Shown piece after piece: positions 27,266 through 41,815 of a stretch of 64,000 bases of DNA. The stretch comes from Chiloscyllium plagiosum. Lineage: Eukaryota. How positions within the stretch are numbered: position 1 is the stretch's first letter; the number at the start of each line of letters is the position of its first letter. The notes under the pieces were generated by a model that was not told the origin of the DNA, made no database searches, and saw only the letters and a program-made list of their open reading frames with translations. The stretch lies in contig NC_057719.1 of the NCBI RefSeq assembly GCF_004010195.1, forward strand, positions 37,630,547 to 37,694,546. The letters run 5' to 3'. Position numbers and translations under genes: made by a program.

Positions 27266-27777
27266 GATGATGGGTTAAGATGACAAAAAAGGTGGAAAAC
27301 AACTTGAGAAGTGTGCAACACTGACATGGATGTATTGGACTGAACAGCTTATTTCTGCATTATATATACAATCCAATTCTTAGTAACGTTATTGCCATTT
27401 TCATTTTGTTACATTTCAAATGATTTGCACACCACATTCCAACTATTGAAAGCAAATGCTCAAAACACTTCAAAAAGGACATTGCCAACACAATCCCTCC
27501 TTTCTTGCAGGACATTCTGTGTAACTTGCACCAGGACCATATTGGGAGAATAGCTGAGACCAGCCGAACATCCTCTTCCCTGTGGAAGAAGTTGCATATT
27601 TTCGGTCAATGATTCTGGTTCCATCTCCAACTCCAACATTTTATGGATTTTATGAAGCTAGTATTCTTGAAATCCCCCATTTTAGACAGTAATTCAGCTT
27701 GCTTGCCTCAATAGTAGATCTGATGATGCATCACTAAAACTTGGGAAAGTTGGATCAAGTTGCATTCAGTTCCTGAG

Positions 27778-27907
27778 AGAAAGTGAGGGCTGCAGATGCT
27801 GGAGATCAGAGCTGAAAATGTGTTGCTGGAAAAGCGCAGCAGGTCAGGCAGCATCCAAGGAACAGGAGAATCGACGTTTCGGGCATAAGCCTTTCTTCAG
27901 GAATCTG
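27778..27907 (-). mobile_element. PLE family A mini-insertion with 10-bp TSD and hammerhead (27868-27905)
   Basis: AGTTCCTGAG at 27768-27777 and 27908-27917. Confidence 0.87.
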
Positions 27908-27919
27908 AGTTCCTGAGCA

Positions 27920-28245
27920 CTGAGCTGAGCATACATTTCAATAAAATGCTAAGGGATTGCAATGTTTCCAAAGTACTGTTTCCAAATCAGACATGACCTA
28001 AACTCACCTGTCTTTTCAAGTTGATAACAAAGATCCAATTGTACTTTTCTCAGGAAGCACAGGATTTTCTCCGTGTCCAGATTCATATATCTCTTTACCA
28101 CAACAGCAAAATAGATTAGCCGGATATTTATCCAATTTCTGTACCCAACTTATCCAAATTCTGCAGAATTTTCCTTCAAAAGCAGCAATGACAACCGTTC
28201 AAAGGTAATTCATTGATCATAAAACACTTTTAGACGTTACTGATT
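27920..28245 (+). mobile_element. Degenerate Deu-domain SINE
   Basis: Weak similarity to the reverse complement of 42490-42815 and to the recalled DeuSINE core. Confidence 0.45.
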
Positions 28246-28470
28246 CTATAAACTACAATTTAGCTTAAATCTATCACACAAACTTCCCTTTCAGTAAGAG
28301 ACTTTGCAGCTTTCTGGACTCAACATCGTCCAGAATCTTGCACCCACCCTTGAGGCATGTTTGGTGGTCGGGGGAGGGAGGGGCTTTTAATCAGGTAATT
28401 AATGGTGGGTACAGACCATGCCACCTTACCACCTCCACCTTAATCAAGACACTGCAGGAAGGCCCTTGAA

Positions 28471-29400
28471 CGAACACAGGAGGTATGGCTAGTAGGTTTG
28501 CAGGAGACACCAAAATTGGAGGTGTCGTGGAGAACGAAGAAGATTACATCAGAGTACAATAGGATCTTGATCAGATAGGCCAATGGACCGAGGAGTAGCA
28601 GATGGGTTTAATTTAGATAAGTGTGAGGTCTGCCTTTTGGAAAGGCAAATCAGGGCAGGACATGTACACTTAATGGTAAGGTCCTGGAGAATGTTGCTGA
28701 ACAAAGAGACCTTGGAGTGCAGATTCATAGTTCCTTGAAAGTGAAGTCCCTAGTAAGTCGGATAGTAAAGAAGCTGTTTGGTATGCTTGCCTTTATTGGT
28801 CAGAGCATTGAATATATGAGTTGAGAGGTTATGTTGCAGCTGTAAAGAGTTGGCTATGATACTATTGGAACACAGTGTGCAATTCCGGTCTCCCTACTAT
28901 AGGAAGGATGTTGTAAAACTTTAAAGGGTTCAGAAAGGTTTCCAAGGATGTTGCCAGGGTTGGAGGATTTGAGACATAGGGAGAGGCTGAATAGGCTGGG
29001 GCTGTTTTCCCTGGAGTGCTGGAGGCTGAGGGATGACCTTATAGAGATTTATAAAGTCATGAGGGGCTTGGATAGGGTAAATATACAAAGTCCTTTTCCC
29101 TGGGGTGGGGGAGTCCAAAACTAGAGGACATACATTTAAGGTGAAAGGAGAGGGATTTAAAAGGGACCTAAGGGGCAACTTTACACACAGAGGGGTGTGT
29201 GTGTGTATGGAATGAGCTGCCAGAGGAAGTGGTGGAGGCTGGTATGAAAACATTTAAAAGGCATCTGGATGGGTACCTGAATAGGAAGGGTTTAGAGGGA
29301 TATGGTCCAAATGCTGGCAAATGGGATTAGATTAATTTACCATATCTAGTCAACATGGACGAGGTGGATTGAAGCATCTGTTTTATAATTCTATGACTCT
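28471..29400 (+). mobile_element. CR1 3' fragment
   Basis: FAGDTK motif through 3' UTR and ctatgactct tail. Confidence 0.9.
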
Positions 29401-29640
29401 CTGGTTCTAAGGCCTTCATGTCCCTTAGTCAATTGAGACCCTGAGCAGCAAATTCTGTCCACTCAGTGCCTAATCAAGGAAACTAATGGGGGGATCCTTT
29501 GCTGCAACCACCCCATCCCACTCACAACAAAACTCCCACCTTTGGCCTAGTGAGGATCCTTGGACTTTGGTGCTATACCAGCAGCAGCCAACTGACCAAC
29601 AGTGAGGGCATCACTGGCTTCTGATTGGTGGCAACTCTCA

Positions 29641-29773
29641 TTCCTGATGAAGGGCTTTTGCCCAAAACATCGATTTTCCTGCTCCTTGGATGCTGCCTGA
29701 CCTGTTATGCTTTTCCAGCACCACTCTAATCTAGACTCTGGTTTCCAGCATCTGCAGTCCTCACTTTTGCCTA
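29641..29773 (+). mobile_element. PLE family A mini-insertion with 11-bp TSD
   Basis: GGCAACTCTCA at 29630-29640 and 29774-29784; starts ttcCTGATGA. Confidence 0.87.
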
Positions 29774-30309
29774 GGCAACTCTCAATAGGTGGGTCATCTG
29801 CCCCAAGATCTTTAATCCCATTAAAGCCCATGACCGGCATGTCACGTGTCTGAGTGGTATATGACAAGATACATAAGGGTCTCCAACAGGCAGCCAAAAC
29901 TCCAGAACCCCAGAAGTTTCAAGACATTGAGTTTAAACGTTTGAGATCAATCCTCTGGCTTTTTGTTTTTCTTCTTTGCTGTTTCTTGTTTTAATCTTGC
30001 CTTTTTCTTTCCTTTGCTTTTAGGCAGTAGCTGTTTTTAATTCTGCCATTCACACTTCTCTGGATATGATTTCCTTCTTTATTTAGTCCATTATCACTCT
30101 CTTTGGCCTTTTTCAACCAACTCTTTATCAATTAATCTCTCCTCTCTTCCCTTTTCACAGACCTTCCTAGTTGTTCTTTATTTCACACCCACTCTGCTTT
30201 CATTTGTTTAAATCAGATCTGAACTTTTGCCAGTTCCAGTGAATAATCATCAATCTGAAACATTAACTATGTATCGCTCTCTCTCTCTCACTAACACTCT
30301 CACTCTTTC

Positions 30310-31372
30310 ACTTTCCAAGGTCCCAGACACACCTTCCAGGTGAAGCAGTAATTTACCTGCACTTCATTCAATCCAGTTTCCTGTGTTTGATGCCCACAAT
30401 GTGGCCTCCTTTATATTGGGGAGATGAAGTATAGACCGGGCAACTGCTTTGCAGAACATCTATGTACTGTCTGTAAAAATAATGCTGAGCTTCCAGTTAT
30501 CTGCCATTTCAACACACGATCATGTTCCCTGGCCAACACCTTTGTCTCAGGCTTGCACCAATGCTCCAGCAAAGCTCAGTGCAAACTGGAAGCATAACAC
30601 CTCTTTTTCCGCTTGGGAAATCTGCAACCTTCTGGACTCAAATTGAAGTCAATGACTTTAGGGTGGACGACACCAGTTTTCTCATTTCCCCTCACCCCAT
30701 CTTATCACAGTTCCAAATTCCAACTCAGCACCATCCTCATGACCTGTCCCACCTGTCAATCTTTCTTCCCACCTATCCGCTCCACCCTCCTCCCCGACCT
30801 ATCACCTTTACCCCACCTCCATCCACCTATTGCACTCCCAGCTACCTTCTCCTCAGCCCCACCCCCTCCCACTTATCTCTTCACCCCCGATGCTTCCAGC
30901 CTCATTCCTGATGAAGGGCTCCTGCCCGAAACATTTATTTTCCTGCTCCTCGGATGCTGCCTGACGTGCTGTGCATTTCCAGCACCACTCTAAACTTCAC
31001 TCTAATCTCCAGCATCTTCAGTCCTCACTTTCGCCTACCTTCTTTCATGTCCTTACCCCAACCACCACACACCAGGCCCTGTCATCACATGGGCTGCTAT
31101 CACAAATAACCCATTGTTGGTTACTAATGGTCCCCTTTAGCAACTATTTATTCTTCCATTCTTTTTTTCTGCCCATTCTTTTATTCCCTCCAGGCTCCAC
31201 CTGTCATTTACTCCTCCCTCCTCCCACCACTCTTTCTTCAGTATATATATCAACCTTTTCCTGGCTACAATTAGTTCTGAAGAAGGGTCACTGGACCTGA
31301 AACATTAATTCTGATTTCTCTCCACTGATGATGCCAGATCTGCTGGGCTTTTCCAGCAATTACTGATTTTTG
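30310..31372 (+). mobile_element. PLE GIY-YIG endonuclease remnant with family A and family C termini
   Basis: FTCTS..CPQCGLLYIGE..FAEHL; hammerhead cores at ~30908 and ~31277. Confidence 0.8.
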
Positions 31373-31405
31373 TTTTTCTCTCTCTGTGTCTCCACAGCAG
31401 AAAGT

Positions 31406-31726
31406 TTTAGATTAGATTAGATTACTTACAGTGTGGAAACAGGCCCTTCAGCCCAAGAAGTCCACATCGACCCGCCGAAGCGCAACCCACCCATACCCCT
31501 ACATTTACCCCTTACCTAACACTATGGACAATTTAGTATGGCCAATTCACCTGGCCCTGCACATTTTTGGACGGTGGGAGGAAACCGGAGCACCCGGAGG
31601 AAACCCACGCAGACACGGGGAGAACGTGCAAACTCCACACAGTCAGTCGCCTGAGGCGGGAATTGAACCCGGGTCTCTGGCGCTGTGAGGCAGCAGTGCT
31701 AACCACTGTGCCACCATGCCGCCCAC
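31406..31726 (-). mobile_element. HE1-type V-SINE, near full length
   Basis: A box TGGCACAGTGG, B box GGTTCAATTCC, V domain, CR1-like tail and (TAATC)n. Confidence 0.9.
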
Positions 31727-33132
31727 CCTCAAGTTCTTGTTTCTCTTTCCCAAATTGCAATGTTGAGTAAATCGATTTCAGTCAAAGAATCATTGACAGA
31801 AATTTTATTGCTGCTTCAGCTGAGTTAAGATAACTCAACACATAATTCCCAGGCCTCAGTAAGAATAAGTAAGGCAAGGTTTCCACTGCTGTTTGATATT
31901 CATTAGCTCCAAGTAGAAAGCATTGGATAGGGAGATATATAATTTGTCACATTGTACCTGACTTAGGAAAATGAAGAGTTTACAGATTCTTGCCGTCTTT
32001 TTAGAGCTTTTTGGATATTTGTGTGACGAGCAAGGCCAGTATTTATTGCCCATCCCTGGTTGCCTGTAAGATGGAGAGTGTGCTGATAGATTGTGCAACA
32101 ATAAAACTGTCTGATCTGTCCCAGATGCTTCCACACTTCATGCAACTGATAACTCATGCAACTCCGTCTTGGTAAATGAAAATATTCCACCATGTTCCTG
32201 ATTCATTTCTTGCAAGTGGTAGAGCAATTTTTAGTCTGGAAGTGACCCGTTCACAACAGAATTCACAGTCTGTTCTTAAATCCACAACATTTATGTGGCT
32301 GGTCCAGTTGAATTACTCGTTACTAGTGACACCAAGAAAGTGGGTGGTGAGACATTCCACAGAGATAATGCTATTGACTAACAAATGGAGATACTCAGAT
32401 TCTGTTTGGTCATTAGCTGGCATTGCGTGGCATAAATTATACTTGTCATTTACCCTGAAAGTTGTCAAGGTTTGTTGAATGTGGGCTTGAATTTCTTCAT
32501 TACCTGAGGAAATACAAATGGAACTGAACACTGTGCCATTGAATACAAAGAGAAGGTAGTTAGGTTTTCATTAGTTGTTGAAAATTTTGTTTTACTTAAT
32601 AAAAGTTGGATTGATTTTACAACTTCTGCTAAAGTAACTATTTTTAAACTGATCTTGAATTATCCATTTTAGGGACCAAATAATAATCATATATTAAAGT
32701 AAAGACTCCTAAACTTACCTTAGAATCACATCAACAAATGTCCTATACTTACGACGTAACATTGAAGAAATGTTATTTGAAAGCAATAGTCTACATCATA
32801 CAGCTGCTTCTAGATTGTTCAACAATTTAAAATAGTTGCTGTAGGAGTAATCATGGTGCTTTAGTCTTTGTTGTTTGGAAAATAATTTTCCCTGATAGTG
32901 AACTTCATTTACCAGCTCAGCATGAGTAGGGATTAGTAAATCCCATTGAGTTTGTATAACATTTAAAATTGTGAAAAGTTGCAAGCATTTTCTGACAATT
33001 TTAATACCTTTGTAGTTAAATGTCTACATAGTACTAAGGTAGTTAACTGGACAAACAGTTGCATCCTTACTCCAAGATATTACAATGCATACTATATTAG
33101 AGAATTACAATCCTACTGCCTTCCTTTCAATA

Positions 33133-34800
33133 GCCATAGAGTCCTACAGCACGGAGACAGGATCTTCAGCCCAAACCGATCCATGCCGACCAAAATGTCC
33201 ACACTAACCTCATTTCCCTATACTTGGCCCATATCATTCTAATACTTTCCTATCCAGGTATTTGTCCAAATGCCTTTTAAATGTTGGTAGTATACCCACC
33301 TCAATATGGTGGCTCAGTGGTTAGCACTACTGCTTCACAGTACTAGAGACCCAGGTTCAATTCCAGCCTTGGATGACTGTCTGTGTGGAGTTTGCACGTT
33401 CTCCCTACGTCTGTGTGGGTTTCTTCCCATGGTGCAAAGATGAATTGGCCATGCTAAATTACCCATAGTTTTCAGGGATATCTTGATTAGAGGAAGCATG
33501 GAGTAATCAGTAGAAGGGAATGGGGTCTGGGTGGGTTACTCTTCAGAGAATGAGTATGAACTGGCAGGACCAAATGGCCTGTTTCCACAGTGTAGGAATT
33601 ATAATTCAAGTTCAACCACCTTCACATTTTTACACAGAGAGTGGTACACATGTGGAATGCTCATTCTCTATGTAAAAATGTTGTACCTCAGGTTCCCTTT
33701 TATTCTTTCCCCTCTACCCTTAAACTGATACCCTCTAGTCCTTGATTCCCTAATCCTGGGAAAAAGAATGAGTGTATTCCCCCTATCCATGTCTCTCTTG
33801 ATCTTATAACACCTTTATAAGGTCCTCCCTCAGTCTCCTACGCTCTAAACAAAAAAGTCCAAGCTTGTCCAACTCCCCCTATAACTCAGACCATTGAATC
33901 CTGGCAACATCCTTATAACTTTCTTCTGCACTCTTGCCAGTTAAATAACATCGTTCCTATAGCAAGGTGATCAAAACTGAACACTATGCTGCAAGTGCGG
34001 CCTAACCAACATCCTGTATAACTGCAACATAACTTCCCAACTTCTATACTCAATGCCCTGACTCGTGAAGGCCAAAAGCCAAAAGCCTCTTCACTGTCCT
34101 GTCTACCTATGACTCCCCTTTCAGAGAACTGTACACCTGAATTCCCTCTGTTCCATTACACCCCTTAAGGCCCTACCATTCACCATGAAACTCCTACCTT
34201 GATTTGACTTTACAAAATGCACGACTTCACGTTTAACTACATTAAACTCCATTTGCCATTTCTCGGCTCACTTCCCCAGCTGATCAAAGTCCTGCTGCAA
34301 TTTCTGATAACCTTCCTCACTGTCCACGATACCGCCTATTTTGACATGATCTACAAACTTACTAGTCATGCTTTGCATATCTCATCCAAATCATTGATAT
34401 AGATAACAAACAGCTATGGGCCCATCACCAACCCCTGAAGTACACCACTAGTCACAGGTCTCCAGTCTGACAAGCATCCTTCTACTATTACCCTCTGCTT
34501 CCTGCCATCAAGCTAATTTTGTATCCAATTTGCCAGCTCTCACTGGATTCCATACAATCTAACTTTTCAGAGCAACCTACCATGGGGAACCTTATCAAAG
34601 GCTTTTCTGAAATCCATATAGACTACGTCTACCAACCTGCCCTCATCAACCTTCCTGGTCACTTCAACAAATAACTCTAATAAATATGTGAGGCATGATC
34701 TCCCACTCACACAAAGCCATGCTGACTACTTCGAACCAAACACTGTCTTTCCAACTGTATGTGTATGTTATCTCTCAGAATCTTCTCAAGTAATTTATCT
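33133..34800 (-). mobile_element. CR1 3' half with a nested plus-strand V-SINE (33307-33600)
   Basis: Minus-strand [19 protein letters not shown] at ~34580-34630; SINE head tggctcagtggttagcac. Confidence 0.85.
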
Positions 34801-35729
34801 ATCCCAGTAGTACTAGGGGTTATAATTTTTTCTTTATAATGAGATTTGTTTTGCTTACTGCTTTTTTATATACCTGTTTTAACTTTGAACACTTAGAATT
34901 CAAATGTTACCAATGAACGAATTGCTTTTATCTGCCAGCTCCTCAGAGTGAATTGAAATAAAATGTATTAAACTGACTCGACCATTTGTTCAAAGGAGAT
35001 ACTAAATGTGTACATGCAGGGACGAAGTGACTTCGATCAGCCACGTGAAATACAGCTGTACATAATTGAATAATTCAAAGAGGATCTTTTTATGTATATA
35101 TAGCTTTAATCTTCCAACCTACTTAAAGATTTAAAACTGACAGGCAATAATTTGAAACTAGAAAAGGCCTCTAGCAGAGTGGCCACAGGCCAATAGAATT
35201 ATTGTACATACATTTTAATTAACATCTTTATATCAAAAGAGAAAATCTTAAACATTAATTACAAGGACATACTTGATTTTTGAGCAACATTATACCCACA
35301 AAATTACTGGTAACCTTGTTCTGAGAATCTTTCACTGAAGATGAACTCTATAACTTTAGTAATGTGCTTTACAGCAAAAAATGTCAAACACAGAACAATG
35401 TGTAATTTCACATTGTGATTCCCCATGAATGCAAGCAGTTTTTATACTTTATTGGATTGTTTTCCTTATTTGGAAAATAAAACATTCATTCAAGAATAAT
35501 AATAGGACCTCTGAGGTTAGATGGAGTCTGGGGAAAAGTAATTAATTTTTATGTGTTCAGTTGTTGCAATCACTAAGACAACATTTTTAACTGCTTTAGT
35601 ATGCTTTCCTTTTTGCTGTGCTGTGCAGAGGTCTGGTCTCCATGGAAAGGTGGTGACTTGCTTTCAGGGCTCTGCCAATGGTATGTTTCAGTTGTTAGCT
35701 AGATAATACATTACATTAGTCCAGTACAG

Positions 35730-36420
35730 TGCCGAGGAGTGGCAAATGGAGTTTAATTTAGATAAATGTAAGGTGCTGCATTTTGGTAATACAAATCAGG
35801 GCAGGATGTATACACTTATTGGTGAGGTCCTGGGGAGTGCTGCTGAACAAAGAGACCTTGGGCACAGGGTCATAGTTCCTTGAAAATGGAGTTGCAGATA
35901 GACAGGGTACTGGAGATGGCATTTGGTACACTTGCTTTTATTTGTCAGAGCAGTTAGTATAGCTATTGGGAGGTTACATAGCTATTGCAGCTACACAGGT
36001 CATTGGTTAGACACTTTTGGAATACTGCATTCAATTGTAGCCACCCTTCAAAGATGTTGTGAAACTTCAAAGTATTCAAAAAAGATTTACAAGGTTGTTG
36101 CTAGGGTTGGAGGATTTCAGCTATAGGGAGAGGCTGAATAGGGTGAGGCTGTTTTCCCTGGAGTATTGGAGGCTGAGGGGTGGCCTTATAGAAGTTTATA
36201 AAATCATGAAGGGCATAGATAAGGTATATAGCCAAAGTATTTTCCCTGGGGTGGGGGCATCTAAACCTAGAGGAGATAGGTTTAGGGTGAGAGGGGAAAG
36301 ATATAAAAGGGACCCAAGGGGCAACAGAGGGTGATGCATGTATTAATTTATGATATCTGATCGGCATGGATGAGTTGGACCGAAGGGTCTGTTTTTGTGC
36401 TGCACATCTCTACAACTTTA
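35730..36420 (+). mobile_element. CR1 3' fragment
   Basis: QKRFTRLLLGLEDFSYRERLNR..IEVYKIMKG. Confidence 0.88.
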
Positions 36421-39400
36421 TAATAACATGGAGGCAAATATCTAGGTACCATTCTGTTCTTCTGTGCAACAGTTTGATCAGGATCTGAAACTCTCTATGT
36501 TAGTGATGAGTTAAAGCAGTACACAGTTACCCTGTTGTCACATGTTATAATGAAATGGTACATCAGTTTACTGCATGATTGGCTCCGTTGAATGCTAATT
36601 CTGGGGCATCATTGCACCAGAAGGATTTGAATAGATATTGTGAAAGACTATGTATAAGATCACTTGGTGTCTTGCATGTTGAAAAATTGTTGCATTGGTG
36701 ACATGACTTAAGCAGAACAAGGAAACTTGGTAAGCAGTGAAGAGGGAGAGAGAACTTGCTTCAGGAGGGTGGGAAAGTCACATTTCCCTTTATGCTGGGA
36801 ACACCAGTGGCAGTTACTATTGCAGTTTAGCCATTCTAAATTGTAAAACTGTGTTACCCTACTCATTAGGGACAAAGTCACCAAAGATCTGTGAGTACGT
36901 ATTCAAATGACAATGGCTGTGTGAGTTTATCATATGTGACTTATGTGGAGCAGGAAGGTTCCCAAGCTGTGATTTGCACAGTGTTTGCTGGATAAAGATA
37001 TGATGCTAAAATTGACCTCAGTTGTCCTCACTTTGGAGAGAGAAAAACATCCAAGGTTTCCATACAATGATTTTGTTCGAAATGTGAGGGCAGGATCAGG
37101 TTGAACTGGTTTTGAGGAAGGGTCACTGGACCCGAAACGTTAACACTGAAGCTGGCAGAACTGCTGAGCTTTTCCAGTGATTTCTGTCTTTGTTTCAAGT
37201 TGAGCTTCAAGTTGAGTTGGGGATAGCTGCTAAAACTCACTAACAGGATTTTCAAGTGAACAAAACTGCCACTTCAGCGAACTAAGAAAGAACAAGCTAC
37301 ATCAAGAGAATAATTACAGGAGAGCAAGAAGTCAAAGGTTCAGCTCACTCCTGGAGAGAAACTAAAAATCTGTGACACATCTTAATAAGACCTTCATAGT
37401 TCATCTGATTCCCTTTGTGAAATTGCAACTTTTTGATTGACCATCACCACATTTATAAACCTACAAGCTATTTGTGTCTTATTCAGACATGAAATCTGGC
37501 ACCATGATAGTTTGAGAATGGCACATAAAAATGTGTTTTTAATTAGAAAGAGCATGAGGTTTAATGAGGGTTTCTTATGCATATGTGTATATACAATTTA
37601 TACACATATGTCTATGAGGTTCACTCATGTCCATTAGGGAAGAGAATCTGTCATTCTTACCCAATCTGACCAACATGGACTCTAGATCCACAGCAATGTA
37701 GCCAACTCTTAAATACTCTCTGAAATAGTCTAACAAAGCACTTAGTCATATCAAACTGCTACACAGTCAAAAAGGAATGAAACTGGCTGGACTGCCTCAC
37801 ATCGAACAAAGCATCAGAAGTAATGCAGCACATCCAGCTGTACTGGCCCTGCAAAATAGCTACCACAGAGAAGGTCGAGAGAGGCAGATGCATGTAACGC
37901 CACCACCTGCAAGTTTCCTTCCAAGCCATAGACCTTTCTGACTTGGAATTATATCATCATTTTTTCATTATTACTGGGTCAGCAGCTTAGAACTAGTTTA
38001 ACAGCATTCTAAGTGTCCCCAGAAACTCAAGGACTGCAGCAGTTGAAGAAAACAACTCACCCTCACTTCCTCAAAGTATGTAGAGTCACAGCATCATACA
38101 GCATGGTAATTAAGACTAAAAATGGGCCATTCAACCCTTCAAGTAAAATCATGGCCATCAATTTGAGTTCTGAATTTCACAAGCTTTAACGTTGACTTAG
38201 TTCTGCCCAGTGCACGTTTTTTAAAATTGAAAGTCATGTTTAATGTTGTGCCAAACCAGATCTCAGGCAGCTGTTCTTGTGAGAAGCTCACAAGAAGTCT
38301 GATTGTTTTTTGGAGGACTACCAGAAAGGGTTATCTTTGCTCCAATAGAGATGGGTAATGTTGGTAATGCTCAGTACATCTGCAGTGTCTATGCCGAGAG
38401 AGAAACAGAGGTCAATGAGTCTTCATCAGAATGTGTGAAGTTTGTGGACCTGAAGCAATAACTCTGTTTCACTTGCCACAGATGTTCCTGGCCTCCTGAG
38501 TATTTTCACATTCTCTGTTTGCATTTTAGATTTCTAACATCTGTGGTGCCTTAGTCTCCTGCTTAATGCTCCAAGTTAAGTATTTTTAAGTCTGATTGGT
38601 TTCAATTTAAACTGAGAAATCATTTTTCATTCAATGCAAAGTGTACTATTTCTGTTAACAAATCCAGTAATTTGGATGTGTTGCGTTTGGGCATTATATA
38701 GGGCCAAGTTCAAAGAAGTGAGTTGAATAATAAGGACAATCAAGCTGTTTGTAATTATCTGACAGAGACATGGTTGTAAAATCTATCACACTGACACCCG
38801 AGCTTTTGACAGGTTTTCTAAACAGCGTGTAAAAGCCAAGAGATTTTGCCAAATCTATCTAAACAGTTCAAACTCGGTGTTACCATAATTCAGGGCACCC
38901 AAAAGTTGTGAGTTGGGGTAGAGATAATGGACCTCAAAGCAGGGAAAGCATCTGATTTCTCTACTTGGCCCTGGTAAAGTATTGTAAGTGGACTGAAGTG
39001 ATAACTTTATTGAGCATAATAGTCAAGTTAACAGGAACTGAATGTAGTACAACAGAAAAGCTGTACAACAAAAAGAGTTCCACTGAATCCCTATCAAAGC
39101 TTTTCGTCAGAATAAGGATTAAGATTTGTAAAGCTTGTTAATGTACAAACCCTACTGCCTGTATCAGAATGTCCTGATCATTATCATCCTTTCAATTAAC
39201 AGTAGATCTTGAAACTGTCTGTTAGTATAGAGGTCTGATAGATCACACATCTTTAAAAAAAACTACTTACTCAAGTTGTAACTTTCTGATGACCTGCTAA
39301 GATATACAGGAATTCTTTTCATCACTATTACAGTTAATTCTGTGAGTCTAGCACACTCATACCATCTCACTTTCAACATATTCTTAATAACACAGATATA

Positions 39401-41254
39401 TTGTTGAACTTGTCAAACTTTTCATAAATTAAAATTCAGAAATTTGCACATTATAACACAGTTCCAAAGGAAGAGGGTGGAGGGTGGGTGGGGGTGTAGT
39501 GGGGTGGAGGTAAAAAGACAGATTTGGTTCTGAGAAAGATTGGACTGAGTGAAAAAGACTTAAGTCTAAACCATTTCTTTTCATTCTAAGCAAAATACAT
39601 TACTATCTTGTAATGGGTACATTCATGGACTAAGGTGAAGTAAACCAATAATGAGGATGGCAAAGAACTCCGGTTAATGTGAAATTGACAGTATGACAGT
39701 GAGTACCAACATGTCACTTGAAATGCATGAAAATGGAACAAATAACTACTCTCTGCTGTAAGAGTGTTTATAAAGAGCTACACTTATGACCTCCCATTGA
39801 TTTACTTTGTCAACATTTCTTGCTTCACAAAGAAAGGTATGAGTGTAAAGAACTTAAAAGCTGTAAAACAAAAGTGGAATTGTATCTCAAGGTGCAAGCT
39901 AATACAAAATAAACATTCTGGATGATTTACAGGGACAGGATAATGACAGCATATACAAAGACAAGGCAAATTAATTTTCTTTTCAGGTAACTCAATGTTT
40001 TTCATTGTAAGTTTTTTTGAATTAAGAGCTACAAGAATCAACAGTTCTTGGATGAAGATAAGAAAAATCCTTACTTGGTATAAGCCTTGTCAATGATCCC
40101 TAATGGTTTCTTAGCAAAGAAAATCTAAGTAGAGATGAATTCCACAAAACAGTGTTTACTGACAGGCCTGAAAACATTCCTCTGTGAAGTGAATGTTTAT
40201 TTTAGCAACAATGGGACAGGTTTTCCAGATTCCTGATCCTGATATCAAGTTGAAGTCCACATTAAAAAACTATGAGGTATCAGCAGTGGGCACCTGGAAG
40301 TGGTTTTGTAGGAAGTGATCAAATTAAGTGACATCCTCAGGGAGCCCTGTTCAATAAGAGGTTTCAGGTCCTTGACTTTTCTGCGTTTACGTTTTGAGTG
40401 CATGCCGAGGCATGGGGCAGACTCCTGAAGCTGATGATCAAATTAGAGACTCTCCAACACAAGTACATAAATAGAAAAAGAGCACATTTACTAGTCTATC
40501 ATCCACTGAATCTGCTATTTGCAGGCATCAACTTCCTCCCTCAGATCTAGCTTCTTGCACAATGATGTAGGGTAGGAACATACCAACAAACAAGACACAG
40601 TGGCTGTGGGTGAGAAATTGCTCTCCTGCCTGTGTCTACAACCCAACTGAAAATTTGGCTCAATAGTACAAAAGTCATAATTATCCATAAGTATCTCTGT
40701 CAAATATATACTACACATCCTGGAAATTGCATTGGGCATTCAAGAACAATACCTGCAGCAACTCTAGCAAAGCTTTGGGAGTTGAAGAACCATGATGTTT
40801 GCATTTTAATCCAAATCATGTGCTTAGCTTGATTTTTCAAGTTGCGAAACTCTGTTGGTATTTTTGTTGTATCACAATATCTGACTTTCATTCCAGTTTA
40901 TAGTTCAGATGGAAAAATTAGTAGTCTTTTACAATTTGCAACTGGTCTTTAAGTATAACCTGCCACCTTTGTACCCAGCACATTCCTGAGAAAATCTGTG
41001 GTGGCATAAAAGCACCAGTGCTGCGAGATTTTAGCCTACTCCACATCCATAAGTTTTCATTGCATCGATCCTGACAGGCTCTCAATTTGAAACATTAACA
41101 CTGTTTCTTTCTCCACAAAAATTGCCCAAAAAGCTGAGTATTTCCAGTGTTTTCTGTTCCCATCAGAAATGTGTCAGGTTTAATATTAGTTCTATCTGAC
41201 TCACTGGTGGTGAGAGCGCAGAGAGATTGAGGAGGTGTGGGGGGCAGCGTAAAA

Positions 41255-41815
41255 CATTGTAAAAGCTGAAAGAACTGTGGACGCTGTCAATCAGAAACAA
41301 AAACAGATGTTGCTCGAAAAGCTCAACAGGCCTGGCAGCATCTGTGAAGAGAAATCAAAGTCAATGTTTCAGGTATGGGACTCTTCCTCAGAACTGATGG
41401 TAGCTCGGAAAATGTCAGTTTACATGCAGATGAAAGGGTTGGGGAGGAAGTATGGAGTAAACAGTAGGTGGAGACGGAGCCCAAAGAGAGAGAAGAACAT
41501 TTGGATAGACAAAGAAGTCAGTAATGATCTAGCTGGGAGGACAAATAGCTGTTAATGGAGACTGTTAGTGCAATTGGTAGTGTGTAATGGCAGAATATGT
41601 GATAACAAGGCCTGGTGTGTATGGTGAGGGGACGAGGACTTGGGGAAGTTCAGGCCTTAAAATTATTCAAGTCAATATTAGGTCCAGAGTGCTGCAGAGT
41701 CCCCAAGTGGAAAATTGGGTGTTGTTCTTCCAGCTTGAGTTGAGCCTCGCTGGAGCACTGCAGCAACCCTGAGCCAGAGATGTTGGCCAGGGAACAGAAT
41801 TGTGTGTTAAAGTGG
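41255..41815 (-). mobile_element. PLE family C 3' fragment
   Basis: KLEEQHPIFHLGTLQHSGPNIDLNNFK is a PLE ORF C-terminus; family C terminus. Confidence 0.8.

Noticed and set aside
31660..31726. tRNA genes at A/B-box motifs (also 63097, 18785)
   Set aside because: They are SINE heads continuing into SINE body sequence, not standalone tRNAs
40075..40167. Protein-coding exon
   Set aside because: Stop codons in all three minus-strand frames
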